Part shown: piece by piece, positions 10,577-20,164 of the stretch
Position numbering within the stretch: position 1 is the stretch's first letter
Layout of the letters: each line of letters begins with the position of its first letter
Source of the DNA: an uncultured Rhodospirillaceae bacterium
GTDB taxonomy: Bacteria; Pseudomonadota; Alphaproteobacteria; UBA9219
Assembly: GCA_964587125.1 (NCBI GenBank)
Contig: CAZPKC010000001.1
Span: 163,945-227,944, forward strand
Length of the DNA stretch: 64,000 nucleotides
Direction: 5' to 3'
Position numbers and translations under genes: made by a program
Notes under the pieces: model-generated
What the model was told of the DNA's origin: nothing
What the model saw: the letters and a program-made list of their open reading frames with translations, nothing else
Databases searched by the model: none

Positions 10577-11326
10577 ATGGAATCGATGGGACAAAACCAT
10601 AAAGAAAGGGACGCTTCGCCTTCCCCGTTGCATATCGCGATCATTATGGACGGCAACGGTCGGTGGGCGAAAGCGCGCGGATTGCTGCGGCCTATGGGAC
10701 ATCGCGCGGGGATCGACGCCGTGCGCCGGACGATCGAAGCGGCGGGAAAACTGGGCGTCGGCTATTTGACGCTTTACAGCTTTTCGTCGGAAAACTGGCG
10801 GCGTCCCGCGACCGAAATCGGCGAACTGATGGGCCTTTTGCGCCACTATCTGCGCTCCGAGCTCGCCACGCTGCATAAAGAAGGCGTTCGCATCCGCGTC
10901 ATCGGCGACAGAAAGCCTTTGCCCGCCGATATCGTCGAAATGATCGGCCGCGCCGAAGACCTGACCGAAGGCAATAAGAAACTGAGCCTCACGCTCGCGC
11001 TTAATTACGGCGGAAGGCAGGAAATTACCGCCGCCGCGCGCGGACTTGCCAAAGCGGTCGAGCGCGGGCAGTTGCAGGCCGAGGCTATCGACGAGCATGT
11101 TTTTCAGTCGTTTCTGTTCACTGGGGGGATGCCCGACCCCGATCTCGTCATCCGCACGAGCGGCGAAAAGCGCATTTCGAATTTTTTGCTCTGGCAATCG
11201 GCGTACGCCGAATACGTTTTCATGGACGTTTTGTGGCCGGATTTTTCGGGCGAGCATCTGGCGCAGGCCATCGAGGAATTCACGAAGCGCGACCGGCGCT
11301 ACGGCGCGACGGCAAGCAAGGGTTAA
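10577..11326 (+). CDS. uppS: undecaprenyl diphosphate synthase
   Basis: HIAIIMDGNGRWA, YSFSSENWRRP and RTSGEKRISNFLLWQ motifs. Confidence 0.97.
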   Translation: MESMGQNHKERDASPSPLHIAIIMDGNGRWAKARGLLRPMGHRAGIDAVRRTIEAAGKLGVGYLTLYSFSSENWRRPATEIGELMGLLRHYLRSELATLHKEGVRIRVIGDRKPLPADIVEMIGRAEDLTEGNKKLSLTLALNYGGRQEITAAARGLAKAVERGQLQAEAIDEHVFQSFLFTGGMPDPDLVIRTSGEKRISNFLLWQSAYAEYVFMDVLWPDFSGEHLAQAIEEFTKRDRRYGATASKG

Positions 11327-12465
11327 TCCCTGTTTTTATAATACCGCCGCAACAAAAATGCCTGAAACGGCACGGCAAAAAGCGCCAAGGCGATCGCGAA
11401 ACCGAACGGCGCGCCAAAATGAATAAGCGCCGCGCAGGCCAGCGTGCCCAGAATGCCCCCGATGTCCCATCCGTATTCCATCATAAAGACCAGATGAAAG
11501 GGGCTCTGCGCCTTGCTTATGACCGTGTAAAGAGCCGTCATGAGCGTCGGATTATAGCTCGCCGTCACAAGCGCGCTCGCCATAGCGACGCCGTAGACGG
11601 AGACGAACGTCGGTTGCGCCGTGGCGCGAAAAAGGATCGCCGCCGTTAAAAGAACGGCGCTCATGACAACGGCGCGGGGGCCGTGGCCTTTATCGATGAA
11701 CCTTCCCAAGACAACTCCTCCCATCACCGACACGATAGCCGCCAGCGTCAGCGCTCCTCCGAAGGCCGTGAATCCGCGCCCCGCCCCCGTATACAAAACT
11801 ATGCCCCAGACCATGCCGAACCCCGTATAGATCCACGCATCCGTCGTAAAAAGGGCTATGGCGCTGCGCCCGGCCTTGAAAAGGCCCTCGGGAATTTTGG
11901 CCGGAACGCGGATCGGCGGCAAACCTAAAATCGGGATGATCGCCAAAAGATCGCACGCGGCGGCAAGGCCGAAAGTGACATGCTGGCCGACGTGATCGAG
12001 AAGCCAACCGCCCAAAAGAGGCGACACGATGGCCGTCGATGTCGCGAAGACCTCGCGGATTCCCACTTGTTTGCCGCGATGGGAGTTGTCGCCGACGATC
12101 GCGAAGATCGAATGAAAAGAGGTCCAGAAAAAACAGTCCGACAGCGCCTGCAACACGCAAAAAGCGAAAAAGAAGGCGTCGATCCCTTTCATGCGCGCAA
12201 AAAGCATATATTGGAACATGCAAAGAATGAGGCCGACGATGATCGTCCTGTGCAGCCCCACGCGGGGCGCGGCAAAGAGGATCAGGGGGCGAAAAATCAT
12301 CCGCAAGCTCAGCATCGCCGTGAAAGTCAGGATCGCCGCCGTCGGGGAAAATCCCTGCGAGATGAGAAAAACGATAAAAAAACTAAAGAAAAAATTCCAC
12401 CCCAGCATATGCAGGCCGTAATGGAGATTGATTCGGTTGACGGAACGGTTGGAGAAATAGGGCAT
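11323..12465 (-). CDS. MFS transporter
   Basis: about 12 hydrophobic segments; G...GRFIDKGH repeat motif. Confidence 0.8.
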   Translation of the reverse strand: MPYFSNRSVNRINLHYGLHMLGWNFFFSFFIVFLISQGFSPTAAILTFTAMLSLRMIFRPLILFAAPRVGLHRTIIVGLILCMFQYMLFARMKGIDAFFFAFCVLQALSDCFFWTSFHSIFAIVGDNSHRGKQVGIREVFATSTAIVSPLLGGWLLDHVGQHVTFGLAAACDLLAIIPILGLPPIRVPAKIPEGLFKAGRSAIALFTTDAWIYTGFGMVWGIVLYTGAGRGFTAFGGALTLAAIVSVMGGVVLGRFIDKGHGPRAVVMSAVLLTAAILFRATAQPTFVSVYGVAMASALVTASYNPTLMTALYTVISKAQSPFHLVFMMEYGWDIGGILGTLACAALIHFGAPFGFAIALALFAVPFQAFLLRRYYKNRD

Positions 12466-12500
12466 GAAACGCTAACTTCCTTGCACTTTAGAGGGCGTTT

Positions 12501-13352
12501 CTACGCCGGTTCGATCCGGTTTCTTCCTTTTGCCTTGGCGGCATACAACGCCGTGTCGGCTTTGGCCAACAGGCTTTCCACCGTCGATTGATCGTCGACA
12601 ACGACCATTCCGAAAGAGGCCGTGATGTTGATTTCCTTGCCGTCGATCAATCTGATCGGCAATTTTTCCAATCCCGACCGCACGCGCTCCAGAACCATCT
12701 TTCCGGTTTCAGCGTCCACTTCTTTCAGGCACAGCAAAATTTCTTCGCCGCCCCAGCGCCACGCTTCATCGAACGGACGCACGCTGCGGCTGATGTAATT
12801 CGAGATGGCCGATAAAACCCTGTCGCCGTTTTCATGCCCGTGCGTGTCGTTGACCCTTTTAAAATGGTCGATATCCATAAGGGCGAGGCAGAAAGGCTTA
12901 CGGGTGCGCAAAAACCGGCTCAGTTCGCGATTCAGGTCGTCGCGCATTCCCGCGCGCGAGCGAAGCCCCGTCAGCGTATCGAGCCCCGACTCCGCCGTCG
13001 CCAGCGCGCGTTCGAGCCGACGCAATCCCGTAATGAATTCCTGATATTTTATCGCGACGGCATCATAGTCGGCCGCCGTGACGGATTTTCCTTCGGGCGT
13101 TTTTAAAAGCGCGAGTTTGGCGATTCGGTGCAACTGATCGTAAAGCCCCACCAATTTGTCGAGCGCGGGCTGATCCTGAAGCGTTTTGACGGCCTCTGCC
13201 CGCCATTTTGCGAAGCTTTCCGGCGCGGGAAGATCTTCGGCGCGGGCGCTTGAGTCTTGCCGGTCGTAGAACGCGCTTCGCGTCCACGCCGACATCCAAT
13301 CGATGTGGTCGTCTATGGTTTGGGCAAGCAATGCGGTGGACAAAAACGACAT
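12501..13352 (-). CDS. diguanylate cyclase with N-terminal CZB-like domain (DgcZ-like architecture)
   Basis: DTLTGL, DIDHFKRVNDTHGH, RxxD I-site (RPFD) and GGEEI; N-terminal DHIDW...FAKW...LHRIA. Confidence 0.85.
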   Translation of the reverse strand: MSFLSTALLAQTIDDHIDWMSAWTRSAFYDRQDSSARAEDLPAPESFAKWRAEAVKTLQDQPALDKLVGLYDQLHRIAKLALLKTPEGKSVTAADYDAVAIKYQEFITGLRRLERALATAESGLDTLTGLRSRAGMRDDLNRELSRFLRTRKPFCLALMDIDHFKRVNDTHGHENGDRVLSAISNYISRSVRPFDEAWRWGGEEILLCLKEVDAETGKMVLERVRSGLEKLPIRLIDGKEINITASFGMVVVDDQSTVESLLAKADTALYAAKAKGRNRIEPA

Positions 13353-13396
13353 GCCGCCGAATCTACTTCAGAGTTGGGGATTTCGGAAAGAAGAAT

Positions 13397-13690
13397 TTAC
13401 TTCGCTACGCGCGCTTGGGCTCTGGCGAGTTGCTTCTTAACTTTTAAAGCGGTGTCGCTCAAACGGCTGTCGCGCGTCGAAAGCAGCCACGCGTCGATTC
13501 CGCCGTTATGCTCGACCGTGCGAATGCCTCTCGCGGTCAGGCGCAACTGGACGGCTTTGCCCAGAATTTCCGACGGAAACGAGCAAATTTGCAAATTCGG
13601 CTGCCAGCGGCGGCGCGTCTTGTTGTTCGCGTGGCTGACATTATTGCCAAAAAGCGGCTTCTTGCCGCTGACGGTGCATACACGTGCCAT
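13397..13690 (-). CDS. rpmB: 50S ribosomal protein L28
   Basis: MARVCTVSGK, GNNVSHANNKTRRRWQPNLQ. Confidence 0.97.
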   Translation of the reverse strand: MARVCTVSGKKPLFGNNVSHANNKTRRRWQPNLQICSFPSEILGKAVQLRLTARGIRTVEHNGGIDAWLLSTRDSRLSDTALKVKKQLARAQARVAK

Positions 13691-13807
13691 AATTTTCTCA
13701 CGGGGGAGTTAAACCCCGAGCCTTCATATTTGTTTGAATAGAGCGCGGTTTATAGGGGGTGAGACGGGGAAAAGTCAAGAATTTAGAGGATAAGCCGAAT
13801 ATATTAA

Positions 13808-14452
13808 CTATATGAAAGCCCAAACGAACTTGAAGGCTGATAAAAAGAGCTCAGCACCAAAAAAAGCCAGCACAGATCCCACGACTCTATCGATCAAGCC
13901 CTGTGCGCGTTGATACCGGGAGCGAACCTTTTCTTTGGACAGGCAGAACGCCACGAATGAAAACCACAGAAAATTTACTAAGGGAATCGCTGTCGCGAGC
14001 GCAATTTTTGTCGCCAAACTCATGTCCGGGGTCAGGACAAAAGCAAAAATGCTGGAAAAAAAGGCGACGGCTTTGGCGTTTGTCAGGTTTGTCAGCGCTC
14101 CGGTCAGAAAAGCGTTTCTCCTTTTTACGTTTGCCGGAATTTTTATCTCCGCTTGTCGTTTTTCAAGCGAAGCACGCCACATCGAAAAACCAAGATAAAG
14201 AAGATAAATCCCACCGCATAGCTTGATCGCAGTCGCTAATCCCTCGTTGCGCGCAAAAAGAGCGGACAATCCCGTCAGGCTTACCCAAACGTAGACGCTG
14301 ATGCCGACTGTCGTGCCTGCCGCGCACTTAATGCCGTCGGCACGTCCTCTGGCCAGAGACATCGAACTCACGATCATAAAGTCCGGACCCGGCGAAATAA
14401 GCGCGAGGGAAAAAATCAATAGAATCTTGAAAAAAATGCCGTATTCGATCAT
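13808..14452 (-). CDS. LysE/RhtB family translocator
   Basis: ISPGPDF, GGIYLLYLG and TNLTNAKA motifs; start at ATG 14452. Confidence 0.9.
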   Translation of the reverse strand: MIEYGIFFKILLIFSLALISPGPDFMIVSSMSLARGRADGIKCAAGTTVGISVYVWVSLTGLSALFARNEGLATAIKLCGGIYLLYLGFSMWRASLEKRQAEIKIPANVKRRNAFLTGALTNLTNAKAVAFFSSIFAFVLTPDMSLATKIALATAIPLVNFLWFSFVAFCLSKEKVRSRYQRAQGLIDRVVGSVLAFFGAELFLSAFKFVWAFI

Positions 14453-14553
14453 TGATATCCCCCGCGCGAAAAGGAAGAAATTGATGACTGGATAGAGGGT
14501 ATAAGAAGTATTTTCCCGCTTGTCGATGCCGTCGCGAAGGGACACAGTGGCTT

Positions 14554-15291
14554 ATGGCTTTTTCAGGAAAAAATATCGCGGCGAAGGTACTCGACCTTCT
14601 GCTCCCGCCCTTATGCCTCGTTTGCGACGAGCCGGTGGGCGATGCGGCGACTTTGTGCCCCGAATGTTGGAAGCAAATTCAGTTTATCGCGCCGCCTTTT
14701 TGCGCTTGTTGCGGCGCGCCGTTCGATTTTCCGGTATCGGAAGGAACGTTATGCGGAGCGTGCCTGACGGAGGCTCCTCATTTCAAGGCGGCGCGCGCAG
14801 CGATGCTTTATGACGACAACAGCCGCAAACTCGTTTTGGGCTTCAAACACGGCGACCGCACGCACGCGGCTAAGGCTCTGGCCGCGTGGATGCACCGGGC
14901 GGGAGGCGAATTTCTGGAAGCCGCCGATGCGCTTGTTCCCGTGCCCTTGCATCGGTGGAGGCTTTTTCATCGCCGGTATAACCAGTCCGCGCTTCTGGCG
15001 CAGAAAATAGGCGTTTTGGCGGGAAAACCCGTCTTGCCCGATGTTTTGCTTCGCATCCGCGCCACGCCCGTCCAAGGCCATTTGAAGCGCAAAGAGCGTC
15101 AGGAAAATGTTAAGGGTGCCTTTGCCGTCGATGCGCGGCAAAAAAGCGGCGTGGAAGGGAAAACTCTCGTGCTGATTGACGACGTTATGACGACGGGCGC
15201 GACTGTCAACGAATGCTCGCGCGTTTTATTGGCTGCGGGCGCGAAGCAAGTAAATGTTCTGACCCTGTCGCGGGTTAAGAGTTTTGTATGA
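14554..15291 (+). CDS. comF: ComF family protein (double Zn-ribbon + PRTase-like)
   Basis: CxxC pairs; PVPLH...RRYNQS; LIDDVMTTGAT. Confidence 0.93.
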   Translation: MAFSGKNIAAKVLDLLLPPLCLVCDEPVGDAATLCPECWKQIQFIAPPFCACCGAPFDFPVSEGTLCGACLTEAPHFKAARAAMLYDDNSRKLVLGFKHGDRTHAAKALAAWMHRAGGEFLEAADALVPVPLHRWRLFHRRYNQSALLAQKIGVLAGKPVLPDVLLRIRATPVQGHLKRKERQENVKGAFAVDARQKSGVEGKTLVLIDDVMTTGATVNECSRVLLAAGAKQVNVLTLSRVKSFV

Positions 15292-15841
15292 CAAGTTCCG
15301 AGATTTTTCCCGCCAACCGCAAAGCCCTATCCAACGCCGCCATTGTTTTGGACATATCGCGGGTTTTATCGCGGCGCCACGCCAGAAACGCCCACGCATA
15401 AACTGCTGATGCTCCGGCAATAAGAACGGAGCGCGGCGGCGTTTCGATTTTCGCGGCATCTATCGTGGTACCGATGCTTTTCAAAACCGCGCGCGCAAGG
15501 ACGCAAGCTAAACTATGATCGCGCCGCGCCGTTTCGGTTATGGATAAAACCGCCTTGCGGTTTTTCTGCAAAACGTCGAAACGCGACATCAGTAAATCGA
15601 ACATAACGTCGCGCGGAGAACCGCGCGTTTTGCCCGCCGATGCCAACGTTTCTCGCGTGATTTCTTCGATGACGACGGGAATTATGTCATTCGGCGAGGC
15701 AAAATGTTTTTTTAAAATTGCCGGAGAAATTTTTGCGGCTTTGGCGAGGGCGTCAAACGTCACGTTTTCCCAACCCCTAGCCGCAGCGAGGCGCAACGCG
15801 GCGGCGGCGATTTTGGCGTTTTGGGTTTGGGACTTCGGCAT
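15275..15841 (-). CDS. TetR/AcrR-family transcriptional regulator
   Basis: N-terminal AALRLAAARGWENVTFDALAKAAKIS HTH. Confidence 0.75.
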   Translation of the reverse strand: MPKSQTQNAKIAAAALRLAAARGWENVTFDALAKAAKISPAILKKHFASPNDIIPVVIEEITRETLASAGKTRGSPRDVMFDLLMSRFDVLQKNRKAVLSITETARRDHSLACVLARAVLKSIGTTIDAAKIETPPRSVLIAGASAVYAWAFLAWRRDKTRDMSKTMAALDRALRLAGKISELVIQNS

Positions 15842-15883
15842 ATGCGGATTTTAGCGAATAATAGCGTTCGACGCCATTAAGAC

Positions 15884-16486
15884 TTAAGCCTTCGCAAAAG
15901 TAACGTCCGGCTGGCGGATATAGAGCGGGCGCGGCAAAAAATCGGGGGCTTGCGGATCGGCTTTCGCCGCCAAATTCGCGCAAGCCGCCAGAATATCGTC
16001 GCCCTGCGTCGCCATATCTCCGGCGATAACGGTGTCGGGGTATTTTTTCATAAACGCGCGGATTTCTTCTTCGGTCATCATGCAGGCGTCGTGCGCTTCG
16101 CCATCCGACGGAAAATATTTACAAAACAATTCCGCCCTTTTTGAATCAATGACGATCAAAAGATTACCGACCGCCCCGGCGCATCGCCGGTAAATCTCAA
16201 AACGGTCGATGCCGACGACGGGTTTATCCGCCGCAATCCCTATGCCCCGCGCCGCGGCCAGACCTACGCGCACGCCCGTAAAGCTTCCGGGGCCGCGCGT
16301 GACCGCAATTTTATCGAGACCGGAAAAGTCGCATCCCGCTTGCTTCAACGCCTCGACGACCATCGGCATAAGCCGCGCGTCCTGCCCGCGTTCCATATGT
16401 TCCTGCGCCTGCGCCAACACGCGAGCGTCCTGAAAAACGCCGACGCCGCAAGAGGAACCGCAACTGTCGAGAACGAGGATACGCAC
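15884..16486 (-). CDS. tsaB: t6A biosynthesis protein TsaB
   Basis: ILVLDS and AVTRGPGSFTGVRVG motifs; PLYIRQPD C-terminus. Confidence 0.93.
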   Translation of the reverse strand: MRILVLDSCGSSCGVGVFQDARVLAQAQEHMERGQDARLMPMVVEALKQAGCDFSGLDKIAVTRGPGSFTGVRVGLAAARGIGIAADKPVVGIDRFEIYRRCAGAVGNLLIVIDSKRAELFCKYFPSDGEAHDACMMTEEEIRAFMKKYPDTVIAGDMATQGDDILAACANLAAKADPQAPDFLPRPLYIRQPDVTFAKA

Positions 16487-16490
16487 GAGC

Positions 16491-17042
16491 TTATTTGCCT
16501 TGCCGGACTTCGCGAACTTCCGGCACGTAATGACGAAGAAGACTTTCCACGCCCGCCTTCAGCGTCAACGCCGAACTGGGACAGCCGGAGCAGGCTCCTT
16601 TGAGCGTCAGATAAACCACGCCGTCCTCGAAGCGCTGAAAAACGATGTCGCCGCCGTCCTGCGCCACGGCGGGACGGATTTTATGATCGAGCAAATCGCG
16701 GATTTGGGCCACGACGGGGTCTTCATCCTCAGCGCTCGTCGCCTGTTCCGGTGTTTTCGCCAAAACAGGTTTGCCTGACGTGAAATGCTCCATAATCGCC
16801 GTCAAAACGGCGGGTTTCATCTCCGGCCAGTTTTTGCCCTCGTTCTTCGTGACGGTGATAAAATCCGAGCCCAAAAAAACCGCATGCACGCCGTCGATGC
16901 CGAACAGGCGCTCCGCCAAAGGCGATTGTGCGGCGTCTTTCGGGGAAACGATATCGAGCGTCCCCTCCCCCAAAACCTCGCGTCCGGGAAGGAACTTCAT
17001 CGTCGCGGGATTCGGCGTTTCTTCGGTTTGGATAAACATCAT
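16491..17042 (-). CDS. nfuA: NifU/NfuA family Fe-S cluster carrier
   Basis: MFIQTEETPNP, IRPAVAQDGGDI and GACSGCPSS; start overlaps the fbaB stop (ATGA). Confidence 0.92.
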   Translation of the reverse strand: MMFIQTEETPNPATMKFLPGREVLGEGTLDIVSPKDAAQSPLAERLFGIDGVHAVFLGSDFITVTKNEGKNWPEMKPAVLTAIMEHFTSGKPVLAKTPEQATSAEDEDPVVAQIRDLLDHKIRPAVAQDGGDIVFQRFEDGVVYLTLKGACSGCPSSALTLKAGVESLLRHYVPEVREVRQGK

Positions 17043-17965
17043 TTCCCTTTGTATATCTCGATGATCTCGTCGAGAAGCTTCAAAGCGTCTTCGCGCGACC
17101 GCTGGAAGCAGTTGCGGCCGATGATCGAGCCGAAGCCTCCGCCCGCGCAAATCGCGCGCGCGTCGGCCAGCACGCTGTCTTCGCCCTTCGCCGCGCCGCC
17201 CGAAAACACGACGATGCGCTTGTTGTCAAAGCAGCATTGCATCACGTGGCGCACGCGGTCGGCTTGGGTCGCGCGTGGAACCTTCTTTTCCTCGTAGACT
17301 TTCTGAGCTTCCTTCTGTTCGAGAAAATCCGAAGGCAATTTCACCTTGATGATGTTCGCGCCGAGCAACGCCGCCATATGCGCGCTGTAGGCGATGACAT
17401 CCAAAGCCGTTTCGCCTTCCTTCGTAATGTTTCCGCCACGCGCGTAGGACCACAAAACGACCGCCAATCCCTTGGCTTTCGCTTCGCGCGACAAATCGCG
17501 GAATTCCTCGATCTGGCCGTACACGGCGTCCGAGCCCGGGTAAATCGTGAAGCCTATCGCCGCGCATCCCAAACGCAGTGCGTCATCGACGCTCGCCGTA
17601 ACGGCTTGATCGGCGTTTTCTTTCTGGCGCGCGAGGCTATTCGCGCTGTTGAGTTTCAAAATTGTCGGGATGGCTCCGGCGAAAGTGTCGGCTCCCGCGG
17701 CCAGCGAGCCTAAAGGCGCGGCATACGCGTTCAATCCGGCGTCGATCGCCAGTTGATAGTGATAATGAGGATCATAGGCGGGAGGGTTGACGGCGAAGCT
17801 GCGCGCAGGCCCGTGCTCGAAACCCTGATCGACCGGTAAAATAACGACATGACCGGTGCCGCCCAAACGTCCCGCCATAAGAATGCGCGCAAGATTGGCT
17901 TTGGTACCCGGCGTTTCGCCTTCGTACCAGCTCAGGATTTCACGGACGCGGCGCGATAATTTCAT
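17039..17965 (-). CDS. fbaB: class I fructose-bisphosphate aldolase (FbaB/DhnA type)
   Basis: ILPVDQGFEHGP, AIGFTIYPGS, IIKVK (Schiff-base Lys) and GSIIGRN. Confidence 0.93.
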   Translation of the reverse strand: MKLSRRVREILSWYEGETPGTKANLARILMAGRLGGTGHVVILPVDQGFEHGPARSFAVNPPAYDPHYHYQLAIDAGLNAYAAPLGSLAAGADTFAGAIPTILKLNSANSLARQKENADQAVTASVDDALRLGCAAIGFTIYPGSDAVYGQIEEFRDLSREAKAKGLAVVLWSYARGGNITKEGETALDVIAYSAHMAALLGANIIKVKLPSDFLEQKEAQKVYEEKKVPRATQADRVRHVMQCCFDNKRIVVFSGGAAKGEDSVLADARAICAGGGFGSIIGRNCFQRSREDALKLLDEIIEIYKGK

Positions 17966-18132
17966 GTTTTTCTCCCATAAATTTAGCTTCAAAAGAAGGC
18001 TCTTTGATAGCCAATGAAGGCCTCTTTGTCCATCGGCGCTTCGGGATGTCAGGAGGGGCTACCCTTTTCCCCGATAATTGTGCTAAACCATTGTCCGCGT
18101 GCCTCTTTCACCTTTTTCTGACGGGGACTTTC

Positions 18133-18966
18133 ATGCGCCTTCTTTCGGCCTTTCAGCGCTTCGATACGACCAATTTGCGCCTACGCATGATATCGGCGGC
18201 GATTATGGCCCCCGTCGCTTTGCTGGCCGTTTATTTCGGCGGAATTGTTTTCGGCGCGGTGATAACGGGAGCGGTGACGATCGGATTTTACGAATGGCTG
18301 CGCCTCGTGGCTCCCCAAATTCAGCCCCGAACGGCGGGCATCGCGTGCGCCATGCTGGTAACGCTCATGGCTGCGGGCGTTTTGCTTTCTCCCTATTTCG
18401 GCGCGGCGTTGGCGGCTATTTTCACGCTCGTTCTCTTTTTTCTTTCCGCGCGCGAGCGCGACGAAGGCGCCGGATGGGTCGCTTTCGGCATCCCTTATCT
18501 GGGCGGAAGCGGATTGGCCTTGCTGGCTTTGCGCGCGACTCCCGGACACGGCGCGGCTCTTATCTTTTTCCTTCTGGCCGTCGTTTGGGGAACGGATGTC
18601 GGCGCTTTCCTGATCGGATGCCTCGTCGGAGGCCCCAAGCTTGCGCCGTCCATCAGCCCCAGCAAAACATGGGCGGGCTTTTTCGGCGGCATAGCGCTGG
18701 CCGTCGTTTTCGGATTCGCCGCGGCGGCGTTATTCGGCGCAAGATGTCTGGAAGCGGCGCTGGCCCTGTCCCTTGCCTTGGCCATCGCCGCGCAGTTGGG
18801 CGATTTGTTCGAATCCTATTTCAAACGGCGTTCGGGCGTGAAGGAAAGCGGAGATTTGATCCCGGGACACGGAGGCGTTCTCGACCGCATCGACGGCTTG
18901 GTTTTCGCCGGCGTTTTGGCTTATCTGTTCCAAGCGACACTCGGCGAACAAATGAATTGGTGGTAA
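18133..18966 (+). CDS. cdsA: phosphatidate cytidylyltransferase
   Basis: SPSKTWAG and GDLFESYFKRRSGVKESGDLIPGHGGVLDRID. Confidence 0.96.
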   Translation: MRLLSAFQRFDTTNLRLRMISAAIMAPVALLAVYFGGIVFGAVITGAVTIGFYEWLRLVAPQIQPRTAGIACAMLVTLMAAGVLLSPYFGAALAAIFTLVLFFLSARERDEGAGWVAFGIPYLGGSGLALLALRATPGHGAALIFFLLAVVWGTDVGAFLIGCLVGGPKLAPSISPSKTWAGFFGGIALAVVFGFAAAALFGARCLEAALALSLALAIAAQLGDLFESYFKRRSGVKESGDLIPGHGGVLDRIDGLVFAGVLAYLFQATLGEQMNWW

Positions 18967-18976
18967 GAAGATTACT

Positions 18977-20164
18977 ATGACTCGCGTTAAAACAGTTAAA
19001 TCCGCGACAAAGCGGCGCAAAATCGCCATTTTAGGCTCGACAGGTTCGGTCGGACGCCAGACGATCGATTTGATTTCGCGCGCGCCCACCGGCGCTTATG
19101 AAACCGTGGCCCTGACCGCCAATAAAAACGTCGCCCTTCTGGCCAAGCAAGCGCGGGCGTTGAACGCCAAGCTCGCCGTCGTCGCCGACGAACGCCATTA
19201 CCGGGCGCTGAAGGACGCGCTGGCCGGAACGAAAACCAAAGCCGCCGCCGGTGCGAAAGCCGTCGAGGAAGCGGCCGCCATGGAAAGCGATTGGCTGATG
19301 TCGGCCATCGTCGGCGCGGCGGGTTTGCCGGGCACTTTGGCCGCCGCGCGGCGCGGAGGAACGATCGCCTTCGCCAACAAAGAAACGCTTGTCTGCGCCG
19401 GGCCTTTGATGATGGAACTTGTCGCCAAAGCGGGAGCCACGCTTCTTCCCGTCGACAGCGAGCATAACGCCATTTATCAGGTTTTCGATTTCGATCACAA
19501 AGAGGGTATCGCACGATTGATCTTGACGTGCTCGGGCGGCCCTTTTCGCACTCTGTCGCGCGGCCAGATGGCGAAAGTGACGCCCGAAGCCGCGATCAAG
19601 CATCCCGTCTGGAACATGGGCGCGAAAATATCCATCGACAGCGCGACGTTGATGAACAAAGCGCAGGAAATCATCGAAGCCCATTTTTTGTTCCAGATGC
19701 CAAGCGCGCAAATCGACGTTCTGGTGCATCCGCAATCCGTCGTCCACAGCATGGTCGAATACCGCGACGGGTCGATACTCGCGCAGCTGGGCTCGCCCGA
19801 TATGCGCACGCCCATCGGGTTCTGTCTCGCGTGGCCGGAGCGCATGGAAACGCCCGTTCCGAAGCTCGATTTGGCCAAAATCTCGCAATTGACTTTCGGG
19901 AATCCAGACCCGAAGAAATTTCCCGCGCTGGGTTTTGCCCGGGAAGCGATGATCAAAGGCGGCACGGCGCCCGCCATGATGAGCGCCGCCAACGAAATCG
20001 CCGTGCAGGCGTTTCTGGACAAACGCATCGGATTCCTCGACATTGAGCGCATCGTTGAAACCGTTTTATCGTCGATTCCGCCATCGAAACTGACCGATCT
20101 GGACGTTCTGCGCGACGCCGACGCGGCAGCCCGCGCCAAAGCAAAGGAGATTATCGCCTCATGA
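18977..20164 (+). CDS. dxr: 1-deoxy-D-xylulose-5-phosphate reductoisomerase
   Basis: LGSTGSVG, ANKETLV, PVDSEH and HPVWNMGAKISIDSAT. Confidence 0.98.
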   Translation: MTRVKTVKSATKRRKIAILGSTGSVGRQTIDLISRAPTGAYETVALTANKNVALLAKQARALNAKLAVVADERHYRALKDALAGTKTKAAAGAKAVEEAAAMESDWLMSAIVGAAGLPGTLAAARRGGTIAFANKETLVCAGPLMMELVAKAGATLLPVDSEHNAIYQVFDFDHKEGIARLILTCSGGPFRTLSRGQMAKVTPEAAIKHPVWNMGAKISIDSATLMNKAQEIIEAHFLFQMPSAQIDVLVHPQSVVHSMVEYRDGSILAQLGSPDMRTPIGFCLAWPERMETPVPKLDLAKISQLTFGNPDPKKFPALGFAREAMIKGGTAPAMMSAANEIAVQAFLDKRIGFLDIERIVETVLSSIPPSKLTDLDVLRDADAAARAKAKEIIAS

